Positions 62,611 to 64,000 of a stretch of DNA of 64,000 bases are shown piece by piece (the first letter of the stretch is position 1; each line of letters begins with the position of its first letter). The position numbers were made by a program, and so were the translations under genes. The notes beneath the pieces are model-generated. The model was given only the letters and a program-made list of their open reading frames with translations, was not told where the DNA came from and searched no databases. The DNA is taken from positions 48,946-112,945 of the forward strand of contig JADFPE010000001.1 in the NCBI GenBank assembly GCA_022562495.1, written 5' to 3'. This stretch comes from Acidobacteriota bacterium (GTDB lineage: Bacteria > Acidobacteriota > Vicinamibacteria > Vicinamibacterales > UBA8438).

Positions 62611-63408
62611 TCAGGACGCCTGGAGGGCAAACACGGTCCGCTCCACATGCTCGCGTTGGTCCTTGCTGGGAATCGGCGCGCGGTCGATCCTCGGAAAGTT
62701 GTCATAGGTCCGTCCGGCAAGCCTGCGTCCAGTCTTCGCCTTGCGCACCCCTCCCCACTGTTTGAAGAAGAAGGGCACCCTGGCGACGCGACACTGGTCG
62801 CGTATTGAGAGGACCCAGTCCGGATCCATGGGGCGAGCACCAGGACCGCTCTCGCCGCCGACGATCACCCAGTGGACACCGCTCAGATCGAGGTTCCCGA
62901 GATCCTCCAGGAGCGGTTCAATTGATAGAAACCGAACGGCGGCGGGCGCAGAGCGAAGATCATCCACGCGAGGCAACCCGTGTTTACGATTCTCGACACT
63001 GACACCCCACCAGATGTGCCGGCTTTCCGCCGCAAAGCGGAGCTCATTTTGCAACAGCGAGGCTAGCCGGGCTGACCGCTTGGTCAACACCTGGAATGTG
63101 TGCCAGTTGGCCCGCTGCATGACCCTCGCGACCGAGACGATGTAGTCATCCGAAACCTCGTCTTGAAACAGGTCGCTCATCGAGTTGACGAACACCATCC
63201 GCGGGGCGCGCCATCGTAGGGGTTCGGTCAGTTTCTCGGGGACCAGCCGCAGATCGAACCCCTGTTCGTACGGATGCCCCGCCACACCACGAAACCGCTC
63301 GGCGAATGTCTCGGCATAGCAGTGAGTGCATCCGGGGCTGATCTTCGTGCACCCGCGCACCGGATTCCAGGTCGCGTCCGTCCATTCAATCGAGGTCTGG
63401 TCACTCAT
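62611..63408 (-). CDS. Gp37/Gp68-family (DUF5131) three-Cys-motif protein
   Basis: N-terminus SIEWTDATWNPVRGCTKISPGCTHCYAE with C-x6-C-x2-C, and later FVNSMSDLF. 265 aa. Confidence 0.8.
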   Translation of the reverse strand: MSDQTSIEWTDATWNPVRGCTKISPGCTHCYAETFAERFRGVAGHPYEQGFDLRLVPEKLTEPLRWRAPRMVFVNSMSDLFQDEVSDDYIVSVARVMQRANWHTFQVLTKRSARLASLLQNELRFAAESRHIWWGVSVENRKHGLPRVDDLRSAPAAVRFLSIEPLLEDLGNLDLSGVHWVIVGGESGPGARPMDPDWVLSIRDQCRVARVPFFFKQWGGVRKAKTGRRLAGRTYDNFPRIDRAPIPSKDQREHVERTVFALQAS

Positions 63409-63700
63409 TTTATCTTCGCTTTTTATTCGCTACAAAAGTCTAGCTCATGCCGACGAGAATCGAAAGGGCTTTCGGCCGCGATCGGCTCTCAGTACCCGTC
63501 TGGCAGCGACACCGCGACAATGTCATCGACGCCGCGGGGATGCGGCCGACGGCGATGGCGGCCATGCTGCAGGTCGTGCCGCTCCATCGGTGCTCCCTTT
63601 GGAACGGGGCCACCTTGCGTCTTGCCGCACCGCCGCGCCAGGTCGAATTTGTCTTTCCGAAAGAAGTCGTCAACAAACTTCGGCGTTATCAGGATTCTGA

Positions 63701-64000
63701 TCAGCCACCCTCATCGAACGGCGGAGCTTCCCGACTCTGCTTGGGAACAACCGGTGCAAACCGTGTGCGGATGAAGTCTCGGGCGCTCTCGGGCGTCAGC
63801 TTCACCGTCCCCGGCCCGCTGCGCACGAAGAAGTCGCCCTCGTCAGACTCCTCGGTCTCCTTCCCCTTGAGAAAGACCGGCTCGGGGCTGCGCTGGCAGC
63901 TCACCAGACAGACCGACTTCCCCTTGACGAGCTGCATTCGTGGGTCGATGCAGGTGCCTGCGCGATCACCGAGGGCACTCTGGACGACGTGGGTCAGATG
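63701..64000 (-). CDS. 3-prime end of an unidentified gene that continues beyond the window
   Basis: The minus-strand frame is open from the window edge to TGA at 63701-63703 (..CIDPRMQLVKGKSVCLVSCQRSPEPVFLKGKETEESDEGDFFVRSGPGTVKLTPESARDFI..). Composition is non-repetitive. No family assigned. Confidence 0.35.
   Translation of the reverse strand, partial: HLTHVVQSALGDRAGTCIDPRMQLVKGKSVCLVSCQRSPEPVFLKGKETEESDEGDFFVRSGPGTVKLTPESARDFIRTRFAPVVPKQSREAPPFDEGG

Overview
High-GC bacterial chromosomal segment. The gene content suggests an Acidobacteria-like soil bacterium: a VWFA-related acidobacterial-type protein, CarboxypepD_reg-repeat proteins and several sigma-54 activators. That taxonomic call is inference only. 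I support about 57 CDS and found no rRNA, tRNA, CRISPR array, transposase or integrase.

Housekeeping content:
- A complete arginine biosynthesis cluster, argR-argG-argH on the minus strand divergent from argC-argB-argD-GNAT-argJ-argF.
- queD/queC, purD/purE, rpsU, fabI, gpmI, polA, a myo-inositol-3-phosphate synthase, and a methylmalonyl-CoA-mutase catalytic subunit.

Accessory and regulatory content:
- A Tat multicopper oxidase with a divergent DtxR-family regulator, and a ZIP transporter.
- A receiver-less sigma-54 activator next to an HD-GYP/GAF/GGDEF protein.
- A four-gene glycosyltransferase block arranged as mirrored paralog pairs.
- A PDZ-containing histidine kinase with an NtrC-type regulator, next to an outer-membrane barrel gene and a secreted-protein gene.
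- Three ABC ATPase genes with no permease, and an ExeA-like ATPase.
- A BON-domain gene behind a well-spaced sigma-54 promoter.

Two things stand out:
1. A dense family of intergenic repeats that no gene model explains. It consists of heptanucleotide arrays (G[GAT]CAG[GA]A)n fused to a GGCTTCGCC-type hairpin. The arrays often occur as inverted pairs around cores of roughly 70-130 nt. They are sometimes joined to a second, about 110-nt, conserved structured module whose closing stem differs between copies.
2. A lower-GC islet after polA that carries vapBC and the function-unknown tcmP / Gp37-Gp68 (three-Cys) gene pair. No phage genes are visible there.

Gene starts in this GC-rich sequence are often uncertain. 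Many long alternative-frame ORFs in the supplied track are treated as artefacts.
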